Assembly: GCA_938035945.1 (NCBI GenBank)
Contig: CALHOU010000053.1
Span: forward strand, 41,400 to 105,399
Origin: an uncultured Granulosicoccaceae bacterium
GTDB lineage: Bacteria > Pseudomonadota > Gammaproteobacteria > Granulosicoccales > Granulosicoccaceae
Direction: 5' to 3'
DNA length: 64,000 nucleotides
The notes beneath the pieces were generated by a model, which worked only from the letters and a program-made list of their open reading frames with translations, made no database searches and was not told the origin of the DNA. Each line of letters begins with the position of its first letter. Position 1 is the first letter of the stretch. The position numbers were made by a program, and so were the translations under genes. Positions 34,392 through 47,155 of this stretch are shown piece by piece.

Positions 34392-35636
34392 TCAGGAAAG
34401 TAAACCGAAAATTAATGTTCCGTTTGTACCACCAAAACCAAACGAATTAGACATAGCCACATTAAGCTTTGCCGATCGACTCTTGTGTGGAACATAATCA
34501 AGATCACAACCTTCACCTGGGTTATCCAAGTTGATGGTTGGTGGTGCAATCTGATCCCGCAGTGCGAGTACGCTAAACACCGCCTCGACACCACCAGCAC
34601 CACCGAGTAAGTGACCCGTCATGCTTTTAGTTGAACTCACGAGTAATGAATCGGTGTGTTTTTCAAATACCGATTTGACCGCTTGGGTTTCTGCCAGGTC
34701 GCCCGCTGGCGTGGACGTGCCGTGCGCATTTAAATAATCAACGTCAGTTGCATCAATCTTTGCGTTTTTAATTGCTGCACGCATACACCTTGCAGCGCCC
34801 TCTCCACCTTCCGATGGCAAGGTCATGTGGTATGCATCGCCACTCATGCCATAGCCGAGCACTTCGCTATAAATGGTGGCACCTCGTGCTTTGGCGTGTT
34901 CGTATTCTTCTAAAACCATAACGCCTGCGCCATCGCCCAGCACAAATCCATCGCGGTCTTTATCCCATGGACGGCTGGCTGCAGCAGGGTCGTCGTTGCG
35001 GGTCGATAATGCTCTTGATGCACCAAAGCCTGCCAAGCCTAATGGGCAGGTTGCCATCTCAGCACCACCTGCAATCATGACATCGGCATCGCCGTATTCG
35101 ATCATGCGTGCGGCATCACCAATGTTATGTGTCCCAGTTGTGCAAGCAGTAACAACACACACATTAGGACCTTTGTATCCATACTTAATGGATAAATTGC
35201 CACTGATCATGTTGATGATGGTTGATGGTACAAAAAACGGCGACACTTTTCGTGCGCCACCGTTTAGTAAGGCTTGGTGTTGCACTTCGATGTTAGGTAG
35301 ACCACCAATACCAGAACCAATGGCAACGCCAACGCGTTCCAGATCAAGACCATCCGCATTATGCAAGCCGGCATCTTCAATCGCCTGCGCACCTGCAGCC
35401 ACACCGTAATGGACGAACGTATCCATTTTACGTGCTTCTTTTTTGCTGAAGTAGTCTTCGTAGTTGAAATTTCTAACCGATGCACTAAAGCGCGTACCGA
35501 ACTCGCTGGCATCGAAATCCTCGATGGCTCGCACACCAGACACACCGGCTTTAATGTTCTCCCAAGACTCATTAACCGTATTGCCAACTGGCGAAACTAA
35601 GCCTAATCCAGTTACCACTACCCGACGATGCGACAC
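34392..35636 (-). CDS. fabF: Beta-ketoacyl-ACP synthase II
   Basis: [38 protein letters not shown]. Confidence 0.98.
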   Translation of the reverse strand: MSHRRVVVTGLGLVSPVGNTVNESWENIKAGVSGVRAIEDFDASEFGTRFSASVRNFNYEDYFSKKEARKMDTFVHYGVAAGAQAIEDAGLHNADGLDLERVGVAIGSGIGGLPNIEVQHQALLNGGARKVSPFFVPSTIINMISGNLSIKYGYKGPNVCVVTACTTGTHNIGDAARMIEYGDADVMIAGGAEMATCPLGLAGFGASRALSTRNDDPAAASRPWDKDRDGFVLGDGAGVMVLEEYEHAKARGATIYSEVLGYGMSGDAYHMTLPSEGGEGAARCMRAAIKNAKIDATDVDYLNAHGTSTPAGDLAETQAVKSVFEKHTDSLLVSSTKSMTGHLLGGAGGVEAVFSVLALRDQIAPPTINLDNPGEGCDLDYVPHKSRSAKLNVAMSNSFGFGGTNGTLIFGLLS

Positions 35637-35737
35637 AAGAATTCCAAGTTATTGATCAGTTCCAGATGGGGATAAATTAATAGCCAATTTAGCAGTGATG
35701 CGTTTTGAGTCGGCTATACAATTTGACTTGAAAGAGA

Positions 35738-35774
35738 CAAAGCCGCTTGCGTCTACTTGAGAAGCTAAGCGGCT
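35738..35774 (-). terminator. Hairpin downstream of acpP
   Basis: AGCCGCTT...AAGCGGCT stem followed by TTGTCTCTTT on the - strand. Confidence 0.5.
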
Positions 35775-35821
35775 CGGTTTCATTTGGATTACTTCAATCT
35801 TTGAATAACAAAGTTATTGCG

Positions 35822-36058
35822 TTAACCAATGTTGGCGTTAACGTAATCTACCGCTTGTTGTACGGTGGTGATTTTCTCTGCTTCATCATCAGGAATCTCA
35901 CACTCAAATTCTTCTTCCAGAGCCATGACCAGCTCAACCGTGTCTAGCGAATCTGCGCCGAGGTCTTCAACAAACGAAGCCTTGTTAGTGACTTCCTCTT
36001 CTTTAACACCCAACTGCTCAACGACTATCTTTTTGACGCGCTCGTCGATACTGCTCAT
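35822..36058 (-). CDS. acpP: Acyl carrier protein
   Basis: [20 protein letters not shown]. Confidence 0.99.
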   Translation of the reverse strand: MSSIDERVKKIVVEQLGVKEEEVTNKASFVEDLGADSLDTVELVMALEEEFECEIPDDEAEKITTVQQAVDYVNANIG

Positions 36059-36320
36059 CTTGGAATTAACCTCCGAAAAATTGGCGGCGATGACAAGGGC
36101 CGCATTAATGCGGTTAAAAACATCGCTTACCGTTCTACCCAGGCACGCAAACCGCGCCGCTATTGTATTGAACTCAACCTGTCAGCGCCACTAAATATGC
36201 AACCAATCGGTCAAACGCAGATTTTACCCTGCATTGACTCAAATTATGGCGTTAATTCCGGTTTTCAACACAGATTTAGCACCTAATTTCACTTGACAAT
36301 CAAAATTCTCGTCATGTGTT

Positions 36321-37070
36321 TTATTGCATGTACATGCCGCCGTTCACGCTCAGCGTATGTCCAGTGATGTAGGCAGCGCTATCGGAGGCTAAAAACAGTG
36401 CGGCTTCAGCGATATCGTCCGGCGAACCGAGGCGGCCCAAAGCGATAGATTTGGTGATGGCCTGTTTTTGATCATCGGACAATGCATCGGTCATATCGGA
36501 CTCGATAAAACCCGGCGCAATGGTATTCACAGTGATGCCGCGAGAACCCAACTCGGCGGCCAATGATTTTCCAAAGCCAATCATGCCCGCTTTAGCTGCG
36601 GCATAGTTGGACTGACCCGCATTACCGGTTTGACCAACAACCGATGCAATATTTATTATCCGGCCCTTGCGCGCTTTCATCATCGGTTTGATCGCCAACT
36701 TACACAATCGAAACACGCTACTTAAGTTAGTGTCGATGATTGCATCCCAATCGTCTTCCTTCATGCGCATGATTAAGTTGTCGCGAGTAATGCCTGCGTT
36801 GTTCACCAACACAGTGACGGCGCCAAACTGATCACTGACGGCGTCCATCAAGGCTTCGCTGGCACCTTCATCGTTAACATTAAACGCCATACCGGTGCCT
36901 TTAATGCCTGCCTCTTTAAAGCGTGCCGCTATAGCTTGCGCACCAGCATCAGTTGTAGCTGTTCCAACAACGGTTGCCCCTTGTGCGCCAAGCTTATCGG
37001 CAATAGCTTTGCCAATACCGCGACTTGCGCCAGTGACCAACGCGATTTGATTATCCATTGAATTGCTCAT
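36321..37070 (-). CDS. fabG: 3-oxoacyl-ACP reductase
   Basis: TGASRGIG, NNAGITRD, NYAAAK, VNGGMYM. Confidence 0.98.
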   Translation of the reverse strand: MSNSMDNQIALVTGASRGIGKAIADKLGAQGATVVGTATTDAGAQAIAARFKEAGIKGTGMAFNVNDEGASEALMDAVSDQFGAVTVLVNNAGITRDNLIMRMKEDDWDAIIDTNLSSVFRLCKLAIKPMMKARKGRIINIASVVGQTGNAGQSNYAAAKAGMIGFGKSLAAELGSRGITVNTIAPGFIESDMTDALSDDQKQAITKSIALGRLGSPDDIAEAALFLASDSAAYITGHTLSVNGGMYMQ

Positions 37071-38011
37071 GCGCTCACCTGAATTGATTCTATAGCTGCT
37101 TGTAATGCATCGGGCGTCTCGCTTGGGAAATGCGTTAAGCTGCGATCGATTCGCTTGCCCAATCCAGAAAGTACTTTGCCTGGTCCGACTTCAATAACGC
37201 TAGACACTTTATACTCATCTTTTAAAGCCTGCACCGTACGTGTCCATTGCACCGGACTGAATACATGCGCTTTAAGTGACGCTAACATTGCATCCTTGTC
37301 TTTGGCTACGGCTGCCTGTGCGTTTTGCAGGAGCGGTAAAGAGGGTGTTCGCCATTGCAAACTATCAATGGTTTGCGCTAATTGTGCACCTGCATCATTC
37401 ATTAAAGAACTGTGGTTAGGCACGCTTACCGCTAGCATGATCGCTTTACGCGCACCACGCTCCTTGGCCAGAGCAACGGCTTTTTCCAACGCATCTTTAT
37501 GCCCGGAAATAGCAACCTGGCCCGGCGCATTGAAGTTAACCGCCTCCACGATTCGATCGCCTGTGCAATCGGCACAAACCGCAATCACATCATCATCATC
37601 CATACCGATAAGTGCGGCCATACCACCCTCGCCTTCAGGTACAGCGGTAGACATTAGCTGCGCACGCTGGTTAACCAGCTTCAATCCATCTGCATAATCT
37701 AGCGCATTAGATGCAACCAAAGCGCTAAATTCACCCAAAGAATGACCAGCCATGGCAACAGGTGCTGGAAGACCCGCCGCTTGCAATGCACGCCAAACGG
37801 CAATGCCGCTAATAAACATCAATGGCTGCGTTACACGCGTGTCGGCTAAGTCTTCACTAGAACCATTTTGCGCAAGCGTCCAGTAGTCGGTGCCCAAGAC
37901 ATCGGCTGCTTCTGCGAACGTGCTACCAACTACAGGATAAGCATCACTAAGCTCTTTGAGCATACCAACGCTTTGCGACCCTTGGCCGGGAAACACTACA
38001 GCTAAACTCAT
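37067..38011 (-). CDS. fabD: Malonyl-CoA:ACP transacylase
   Basis: FPGQGSQ, GHSLGE, EVGPGKVL. Confidence 0.98.
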   Translation of the reverse strand: MSLAVVFPGQGSQSVGMLKELSDAYPVVGSTFAEAADVLGTDYWTLAQNGSSEDLADTRVTQPLMFISGIAVWRALQAAGLPAPVAMAGHSLGEFSALVASNALDYADGLKLVNQRAQLMSTAVPEGEGGMAALIGMDDDDVIAVCADCTGDRIVEAVNFNAPGQVAISGHKDALEKAVALAKERGARKAIMLAVSVPNHSSLMNDAGAQLAQTIDSLQWRTPSLPLLQNAQAAVAKDKDAMLASLKAHVFSPVQWTRTVQALKDEYKVSSVIEVGPGKVLSGLGKRIDRSLTHFPSETPDALQAAIESIQVSA

Positions 38012-38080
38012 TGGTTATTCTCCATGGAGGTTTGTCTGACAACGCGCTTGCACAGTTTTACATGCGCGCCACAGTATCGA

Positions 38081-38902
38081 TTATTCTTTTTCAATTCCCA
38101 ACACGTGGGTCATGTCATACAGACCAGCTGGTTGTGACGATAGCCAAATCGCTGCACGAACAGCACCGCGCGCAAATGTCATTCGGTCGTTGGCTTTATG
38201 CGTTATTTCCAATCGCTCGCCATTGCCAGCAAATAAAACCGTGTGCTCGCCAACAATGTCACCGGCACGCACAGTGGCAAAACCAATCGACTTAGGGTCA
38301 CGCGCGCCGGTAATACCTTCTCTGGCATACACGGCACATTCATCGAGATCACGATTCAATGCATCGGCTACCGCATGCCCCATCGCCAGCGCCGTTCCAG
38401 ACGGCGCATCCACTTTATGATGGTGATGCGCTTCACTGATCTCAACATCATAGTCGTCGCCCAAAGCTTGAGCCGCCTTTCGTAGCAACGACAAGGCAAC
38501 CGTTACCCCAATGCTGTAATTGGCGGCGAACACAATGGGCGTATCTTTAGCTGCTGCGTATAATTGTTTAAGCTGCTCAGCATTGAAGCCGGTTGTTCCA
38601 ATAACAATGCGCTTACCAGAGCCCCTCAGTTGCTCAAGCAATGCAAGTGTGACGGCGGGTGCGGTGAAATCGATAATGGTATCGAAATGCGACATGACCG
38701 ACGCAGCGTTGTCGACCGTGGACACGCCTGTGGCTTGCCCACCACTTAACACGCTGGTATCCACACCAATGCTTGGTTGACCAGGTGCATCAATGGCTGC
38801 AGACACCTTTGCATTATCGACTTCTGCCACCGCACTAAGCAGTTGACGACCCATGCGACCGGCCGCGCCGTTAATGGCAATATTCACTGGAGTGTTAGGC
38901 AC
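38081..38902 (-). CDS. dapB: 4-hydroxy-tetrahydrodipicolinate reductase
   Basis: GAAGRMG, IDFT, GTTG, EAHHHHKVDAPSGTA. Confidence 0.98.
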   Translation of the reverse strand: MPNTPVNIAINGAAGRMGRQLLSAVAEVDNAKVSAAIDAPGQPSIGVDTSVLSGGQATGVSTVDNAASVMSHFDTIIDFTAPAVTLALLEQLRGSGKRIVIGTTGFNAEQLKQLYAAAKDTPIVFAANYSIGVTVALSLLRKAAQALGDDYDVEISEAHHHHKVDAPSGTALAMGHAVADALNRDLDECAVYAREGITGARDPKSIGFATVRAGDIVGEHTVLFAGNGERLEITHKANDRMTFARGAVRAAIWLSSQPAGLYDMTHVLGIEKE

Positions 38903-38943
38903 GATTTAATCTTCCGTTAGTTGATATTGCACGCCGCTGCGCT

Positions 38944-40989
<2,046 letters not shown>

Positions 40990-40999
40990 TTATAGTGAA

Positions 41000-41830
41000 T
41001 TAGGAAGGTACGCCACTAAAGTATTTCTGCCGATGCATGTATTCGTGTATACCTTCACGCATGTGTTGCACGGTTTGCTTACTCAAGGTGCTACGATCCG
41101 CATCTAGCACGGTGGCACCCAGAGATTCAGCCATCTCATGCGCTTCGCTTAACAACACTTCGAACGCAACATCGGCCGGAACCGGCCCCGGCAATTGCAG
41201 AATAAGCGAGATACCCGGCGTTTGAAAACTATCCATGTCCTTTAAATTAAATGTGCCAGGCACAACCAATTTAGCGATGGAGAAAACGGTTTGGCCTTCA
41301 TGCATCGAATGAAAAATATTCATGTCGCCAAAGTGATAACCTCGCTGTTCAAATTGCTCAAGCAACAAAGCGCCGTTCATAAGCTGCCCTTCTGGTGCAA
41401 CCACATGCAAAGTCACGATTTTACTGGCGTAGTTATCCCCGCTCTTACTCGGCGCGGGTGCATTCGCTTCAACACGCGGCTTTCGGCGTGGCGTAAATTT
41501 GGTGCCTAGCGCTTCAATTTTTCCTGAAATACCGTTTAACCCGCCTGTGCTGTTGCGTCGCGCTTTCGCTGGACTTGCACCACCAGGGCGTTCAAGTGGG
41601 TCGTCCTCAACTTGATCGTCTGCAAAACTGTCTAAGGGATCGGCAAAAGCATCGTCACCTAACAAAGGGTCGGCCGGTTCTTTGGCAATCGGCGTCTGCT
41701 GCGATGGCGTGCGCTTTAGCGCATCATCTTGACGTCGGGATGCTTTAGATCTGGGCTGCCGGCCGGATAGGTACAACAACACCAAAATGGCGACACCTGC
41801 AAATATTAATATCCAACGGAGATTTTCCAT
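41000..41830 (-). CDS. zipA: Cell division protein ZipA
   Basis: LRWIL TM anchor, P/Q/D-rich linker, FGDMNIFH...FS.A....PGTF....TPG; smc-zipA-ligA synteny. Confidence 0.93.
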   Translation of the reverse strand: MENLRWILIFAGVAILVLLYLSGRQPRSKASRRQDDALKRTPSQQTPIAKEPADPLLGDDAFADPLDSFADDQVEDDPLERPGGASPAKARRNSTGGLNGISGKIEALGTKFTPRRKPRVEANAPAPSKSGDNYASKIVTLHVVAPEGQLMNGALLLEQFEQRGYHFGDMNIFHSMHEGQTVFSIAKLVVPGTFNLKDMDSFQTPGISLILQLPGPVPADVAFEVLLSEAHEMAESLGATVLDADRSTLSKQTVQHMREGIHEYMHRQKYFSGVPS

Positions 41831-41873
41831 CTACTGTTCACCCACGGTTGCGTTAGGGAGGAAATTGATAAGT

Positions 41874-44800
41874 TTATGCACCTGCCAACTCTGCGGCTTC
41901 TTGTACATCAACGGCAACGAGACGCGACACACCCGGTTCGTTCATCGTTACGCCCATTAATTGCTGCGCCATCTCCATGGTCACCTTATTGTGCGTAATA
42001 AATATGAATTGTACACGCTCCGACATTTCTTTGACCAGCGCACAAAATCTTCCCACATTGGCATCATCGAGTGGCGCATCAACTTCGTCGAGCATACAAA
42101 ACGGCGACGGATTCAATTCAAAGAAGGCAAACACCAAAGCAACCGCGGTGAGCGCTTTTTCACCACCGGACAACAATTGAATATTGCTCACCCGCTTACC
42201 AGGCGGTTGCGCCACCACACTCACACCTGTGCTGAGTAAATCATCACCGGTCATTTGCAGTGAAGCCTTACCACCGCCGAATAGTCGTGGAAAGAATTCC
42301 TCGACTTTGGTGTTCACCAAATCAAAGGTTTCCTTAAAGCGGGTTCGCGTTTCCTTATCAATTTTCGCAATCGCATGTTCAAGCGTTGCCAATGCGTCGG
42401 TAACGTCAGCATGTTGCGAATCAAGATATTCTTTACGCTCATTTTGCTCGGCTAGCTCATCAATAGCTGCCAAGTTGATCGGGCCTAGGCGAGAAATGCG
42501 TTGCTCAAGCTTTTGCAGATCGTCTTCCCACGCTTCAACGCTTGCACCCTCTGGCATGTTCTCAGACAGAGCCGCAATATCGTATTCATGTTCAGCCAAT
42601 TGCTCTTCGATGGTTTTTAAACGAACCAACACTTCCTGGCTGGCAATCTGTTCCTGTTGCAAGGCTTCGCGCTTCTTTTGTGCTTCGCTGTCGTGCGTTA
42701 GACGCGCTTGCTCGTGTTCGCGTAAACGCAATTCAACATTATCTAATTGCGAACGGGATTGCGTAAGCGCCGTTTCTGCGGCCAAGCGTGCACCTAAATT
42801 ATCTTTCAATGCAGCTTCTAAACCCGTCAATGGATCTTCATCTTCACTGGCGAGCAATTCATTTAGCATGCGCTGACGTTCAGTGAGTTGTTCAATGCGC
42901 GAGGTCATACGCTCAAGGTTTTGCGTTGTTGCGTCGCGCGCGCTACGCATTGACTCCACTCGTATCGCAAGTTCTTGACCAGCATCGCGATCTGAATCGG
43001 CGCGCTCGCGTGCGTCGCGTAACGCTGCTTGCAAACTTTCCTGCTCGGCCACAAGCTTTTGCTTTTCTACGTCCATGCTTTCAAGTTGCTGCAAAGCTTC
43101 ATTTCGATTGCTTTGCGCTTGTGCTAAGCGTTGCGCCTCTTGTTCCGACAAGGCGCTCACTTCCATGATCTCTTCGCTGAGCTGTGACACGCGTGATGCC
43201 TGTTGATCGTGACGTTGTCGGTTGGCTAACAAAACAGATTTCACATCCGACAAGCTTCGCACCGCATCATTAAAACTGTGTTGCAGTGTTTCGCGTCGGG
43301 TCTCATGTTCGGCTAATTGATCGGTCACCGAATTTACTCGCTCTTCAAGCGACTCAATTTCAGATTCTAAGCTCTCAAGCTCTGAGCGCAGTTCAGTGAT
43401 TTCAGTTTCACGCAACAACACGCTATCCTGGCTGTCGGCGCGTGCAACACGCAACCATGAACGACCAAGCCAAAGCCCGTCTTTGGTAATTACTGATTCA
43501 CCATCACCTAATGAATTGCGAACGTCTAGCGCCTGTGCCAAGGTATCAGCGGCGCGCACACCGACCATTAAATCGTTTAAAGCAACATCGCCACTTATCT
43601 TACTGCGCAAATCACTCGCTGAAGCGCTTTTATCGTCGGCCTTGCCATTAAGCAAAGTCAGCTGTGCTGCAGGTACATCTTTTAAACAACGATCGATCGC
43701 GTCTGCACCGTCAACAACTATCGCTTCCAAATGCGAACCTAACACCAGTTCAACCGCTTTTTCCCAACCCGGTTCCGTTGTTATAGATTGTGCAAGCTTG
43801 GGTCGACCATCGAGCTCATTCATATGCAACCACGTATCAGCTGCACTGCTGTCAGGCTCTAAAGCGGCTTGTTGCAAAGCTTCAAGGGAAGCCAGACGGC
43901 CCAACATGGTTTGGGCCTTCGCACGCGCTTCATTTAGAGCAACCGTTTCACGGCGGATGCTTTCACGTAGCACTTGTTGCTTCTCTAAACTTTGCTCCAG
44001 GTTTTTCTGTAGGCGTTGCTCTTCACCGGCAGCGGCGACTTCTTCGGTAACCGACACTTCGATAAGCTTTGCAACTGCGCCTATGTCAAACGAGGTTTGT
44101 TCACTGTTTAATTTTTCCAGCCGTTCGGACGCATTACCAATACTGCGTTCTAGCTGCTCGATGTTATTACGCTCGATCTGTGCACTGCGAGTTGCCTCAG
44201 CATGACGCTGATTAAACGCATCTTGTTGCACACGCCATTCGTTAAGTTCGGTTTCTGCTTGCGTTAGCATTTCGGCTGAAATGCGTTGCGAATCTTTTAA
44301 CTGATCAATCGCTGGCTGATCTTTGGATAACACATCATCAATTTCTTGAATACGCTGAGTATCAGTTTCAACGTGTTGCTTCGCTTCGTGTAATGAGCGA
44401 TCAACTTCAGCTAGCTCTTGCGATTGCTGCCGCCGTGATTCACGTGTGTGCTCAATGGTTTGTTCAATGCGAGATACTTCAGAGCCAATGCGGTAAAAGT
44501 TCGCTTGGGTTTCATTGAAACTATCGGTAGCTTCGGTTTGCTGGATGCGAGCCTGTTCAATGGATGCTTCACTGGCCCGAAGCTCAGCCACCACCGATTC
44601 AAGTTCTTTTTCGCACTTGGCGATGGTGGCAGCCTGGCTGTCACGCGAGTCCATATAACGTTGGCGACGAAGTGCTAACAACTCACCACGCTTTTGGCGC
44701 TCTTCGGTTTTTAATGTTTGAAAACGCTCTGCGGTACTGGCTTGACGTTTTAAGTGTGCAAGTTGTTTATCAACTTCTTCGCGCAAATCATCAAGACGGT

Positions 44801-45374
44801 CTAAGTTGTCGCGGGTATGACGAATTCGATTTTCAGTTTCTCGACGGCGCTCTTTGTACTTTGAAATGCCGGCGGCTTCTTCAAGGTACACACGTAGCTC
44901 TTCGGGCTTGGCATCGATAAGACGCGAGATCATGCCCTGTTCAATAATCGCATAGCTGCGCGGGCCTAAGCCTGTGCCCATAAAGATGTCGCGAATATCG
45001 CGACGTCGACAGCGCGCATTGTTCAACAAGTATTTGGACACACCCTCGCGGGTGACTTCACGACGGATAGAGATTTCGGCATAGGCGGCGTATTCGCCAC
45101 CAAGCGAGCCGTCTGAATTGTCGAAGACCAATTCAACCGAGGCTTGGCCAACCGGTTTACGGCTGGAAGAACCGGTGAAGATGACGTCGTCCATCGATTC
45201 ACCGCGCAAGTGCTTGGCTGAGGATTCCCCCATGACCCAGCGTACGGCGTCGATTGTGTTTGATTTGCCACATCCATTTGGCCCAACGATGCCTACCAGT
45301 GAGGTGGGAAGCTTCAGATCGGTGGGATCAACGAATGACTTAAATCCTGCTAGCTTGATTCGGGTCAGGCGCAT
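41874..45374 (-). CDS. smc: Chromosome segregation protein SMC
   Basis: GFKSF, GPNGCGKSN, coiled coils and hinge, LSGGE, LDEVDAPLD. Confidence 0.99.
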   Translation of the reverse strand: MRLTRIKLAGFKSFVDPTDLKLPTSLVGIVGPNGCGKSNTIDAVRWVMGESSAKHLRGESMDDVIFTGSSSRKPVGQASVELVFDNSDGSLGGEYAAYAEISIRREVTREGVSKYLLNNARCRRRDIRDIFMGTGLGPRSYAIIEQGMISRLIDAKPEELRVYLEEAAGISKYKERRRETENRIRHTRDNLDRLDDLREEVDKQLAHLKRQASTAERFQTLKTEERQKRGELLALRRQRYMDSRDSQAATIAKCEKELESVVAELRASEASIEQARIQQTEATDSFNETQANFYRIGSEVSRIEQTIEHTRESRRQQSQELAEVDRSLHEAKQHVETDTQRIQEIDDVLSKDQPAIDQLKDSQRISAEMLTQAETELNEWRVQQDAFNQRHAEATRSAQIERNNIEQLERSIGNASERLEKLNSEQTSFDIGAVAKLIEVSVTEEVAAAGEEQRLQKNLEQSLEKQQVLRESIRRETVALNEARAKAQTMLGRLASLEALQQAALEPDSSAADTWLHMNELDGRPKLAQSITTEPGWEKAVELVLGSHLEAIVVDGADAIDRCLKDVPAAQLTLLNGKADDKSASASDLRSKISGDVALNDLMVGVRAADTLAQALDVRNSLGDGESVITKDGLWLGRSWLRVARADSQDSVLLRETEITELRSELESLESEIESLEERVNSVTDQLAEHETRRETLQHSFNDAVRSLSDVKSVLLANRQRHDQQASRVSQLSEEIMEVSALSEQEAQRLAQAQSNRNEALQQLESMDVEKQKLVAEQESLQAALRDARERADSDRDAGQELAIRVESMRSARDATTQNLERMTSRIEQLTERQRMLNELLASEDEDPLTGLEAALKDNLGARLAAETALTQSRSQLDNVELRLREHEQARLTHDSEAQKKREALQQEQIASQEVLVRLKTIEEQLAEHEYDIAALSENMPEGASVEAWEDDLQKLEQRISRLGPINLAAIDELAEQNERKEYLDSQHADVTDALATLEHAIAKIDKETRTRFKETFDLVNTKVEEFFPRLFGGGKASLQMTGDDLLSTGVSVVAQPPGKRVSNIQLLSGGEKALTAVALVFAFFELNPSPFCMLDEVDAPLDDANVGRFCALVKEMSERVQFIFITHNKVTMEMAQQLMGVTMNEPGVSRLVAVDVQEAAELAGA

Positions 45375-45475
45375 TGGGCTTTATTTAATTACCATACATA
45401 AGTGTCTGTATGGTCGAGCATTGTACTGCGTTTTGCGCCCGACACCACAATTGGTTTTAAGACTATTATTGGACC

Positions 45476-46234
45476 ATGAAACCGATCGGATTTATACCTG
45501 CGACAAGTTACCTTGGACGCGGCTGGAAACTGGTGCGCGAACCCGGATTGCGGCGTTTTGTGCTTATACCACTGCTTATTAACATCGCGGTGTTTGCGAT
45601 CTTAAGCTGGCTTTTGTTCGGTGCGCTGTTCGATTGGATGGGGAATTGGGCGTTTTTTGACCGATTTGGCAACTTCTGGTTGGTCGAAAAACTACAACAG
45701 ATTTTACAATTCGTCGTGGGTGCCGTGCTGTCAATTGTACTGTTTTACGCCTTTACCCTGCTAGCCAACCTGATTGGCGCTCCCTTCAACAGTTTATTGG
45801 CCGAACGCGTCGAGCTTCACATGACCGGAAAGTCACCAACTACCGATCCTTCTTTGAAGTTTTTGGTCAAAAGTATTCCAAAAACCATGCGCTCAGAAAT
45901 ATCAAAATTGATCTATCTTGCGTTGTGGTCAATACCAATGCTGATCATTGGGTTTGTTCCGATCATCAATTTGGCCGCACCGTTTATCGTATTTGCGTTT
46001 GGTGCGTGGATGTTTTCACTTGAATACATCGACTACCCTATGGGCAACCACCATAAATTCTTTAAAGACGTGAAAGGTGAGTTACAACAACAGCGCCCCA
46101 TGGCACTAGGGTTTGGATGTATGGTTGCAGTATTTAGCATTATCCCAATCGTAAACCTTGTAATAATGCCGGTGGCTGTTGCCGGCGCGACTGCACTTTA
46201 TGTCGAACAAATGGGAGAGCGACCCAGGCCATGA
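45476..46234 (+). CDS. cysZ: Sulfate transporter CysZ (EI24 family)
   Basis: PGLRRFVLIPL.IN, ANLI.APFN.LLAE.VE, Y.DYP..N, MPVAVAGAT. Confidence 0.9.
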   Translation: MKPIGFIPATSYLGRGWKLVREPGLRRFVLIPLLINIAVFAILSWLLFGALFDWMGNWAFFDRFGNFWLVEKLQQILQFVVGAVLSIVLFYAFTLLANLIGAPFNSLLAERVELHMTGKSPTTDPSLKFLVKSIPKTMRSEISKLIYLALWSIPMLIIGFVPIINLAAPFIVFAFGAWMFSLEYIDYPMGNHHKFFKDVKGELQQQRPMALGFGCMVAVFSIIPIVNLVIMPVAVAGATALYVEQMGERPRP

Positions 46235-47082
46235 ACTCCTTGATTAAAATGAAGTATCCACTTCTGGCTATTGCTATCTTGCTCAGCCACATACCAGCGT
46301 GGGCAGAGGGCGAACCTAAATTGGCTTTCTTCGAAGAACAAGCTGTGCCGGGAGGCATAGCCATTGTTGATTTAAGCGTACCGGATACGGTCGAATCCAT
46401 CGAGGTAAAGCTGGGCAATAAAACCATCGCCGCACTGCCACAGGACGGCACGTGGCACGCCATTGTGGGCATCGCACTCACCACTGAACCTGGTACGCAC
46501 ACACTTAAAGTCAATGCCGGGCGTAGTGCATCGACAGTCAATTTTGAGGTGAAAGGTTTTAAATACGAAGAGCAGCGCATCGTTATAAAAGATAAGCGCA
46601 AAGTAAACCCTGCGCCGTTAGATATGGAACGTATTAATAAGGAGAACAAGCGAATTCGTGAAGTCAAAGCCTATCGCTACAAAAAAATGCTCAGCACCGG
46701 TTTTCAGCTACCACTTGAAGGCATCTTAACCAGCCCATTTGGCTTGCGACGTTTTTTTAATGACCAACCACGCCGACCACATGGCGGTATTGATATTGCG
46801 GCGAAGACCGGCACACCTATCTATGCACCCTCTACTGGCCTTGTTGTTGATACGGGCGATTATTTTTTTAATGGCAATACCATCTTCTTGGAACATGGAC
46901 TTGGCTTGCAAACCTTCTACGCACACATGAGTAAGATTCACGTAAAGCCCGGCGATAAAGTCGAAGCCGGAGATTTGATTGGTGAAGTGGGTGCTACTGG
47001 TCGGGTTACTGGCCCGCACTTGCATTGGTCGGTTGGTTTAAACGGTACTTGGGTTGACCCTTGGTTGTTGATCCAAGATTAA
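46231..47082 (+). CDS. M23 family metallopeptidase
   Basis: Signal peptide, VPGG, HGGID (HxxxD), YAH, TGPHLHW. Confidence 0.92.
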   Translation: MNSLIKMKYPLLAIAILLSHIPAWAEGEPKLAFFEEQAVPGGIAIVDLSVPDTVESIEVKLGNKTIAALPQDGTWHAIVGIALTTEPGTHTLKVNAGRSASTVNFEVKGFKYEEQRIVIKDKRKVNPAPLDMERINKENKRIREVKAYRYKKMLSTGFQLPLEGILTSPFGLRRFFNDQPRRPHGGIDIAAKTGTPIYAPSTGLVVDTGDYFFNGNTIFLEHGLGLQTFYAHMSKIHVKPGDKVEAGDLIGEVGATGRVTGPHLHWSVGLNGTWVDPWLLIQD

Positions 47083-47155
47083 CCAAGCCATTCAGGTCGA
47101 ATAACTAAAATTCTATTGGCAAATATTACTACCAAGCAACAGATTTAGTAGTCAC

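Noticed and set aside
42184-44205. Long + strand ORFs (230 and 269 aa) antisense to smc
   Set aside because: Ser/Cys/Arg-rich shadow frames of a coiled-coil gene, with no recognisable motifs
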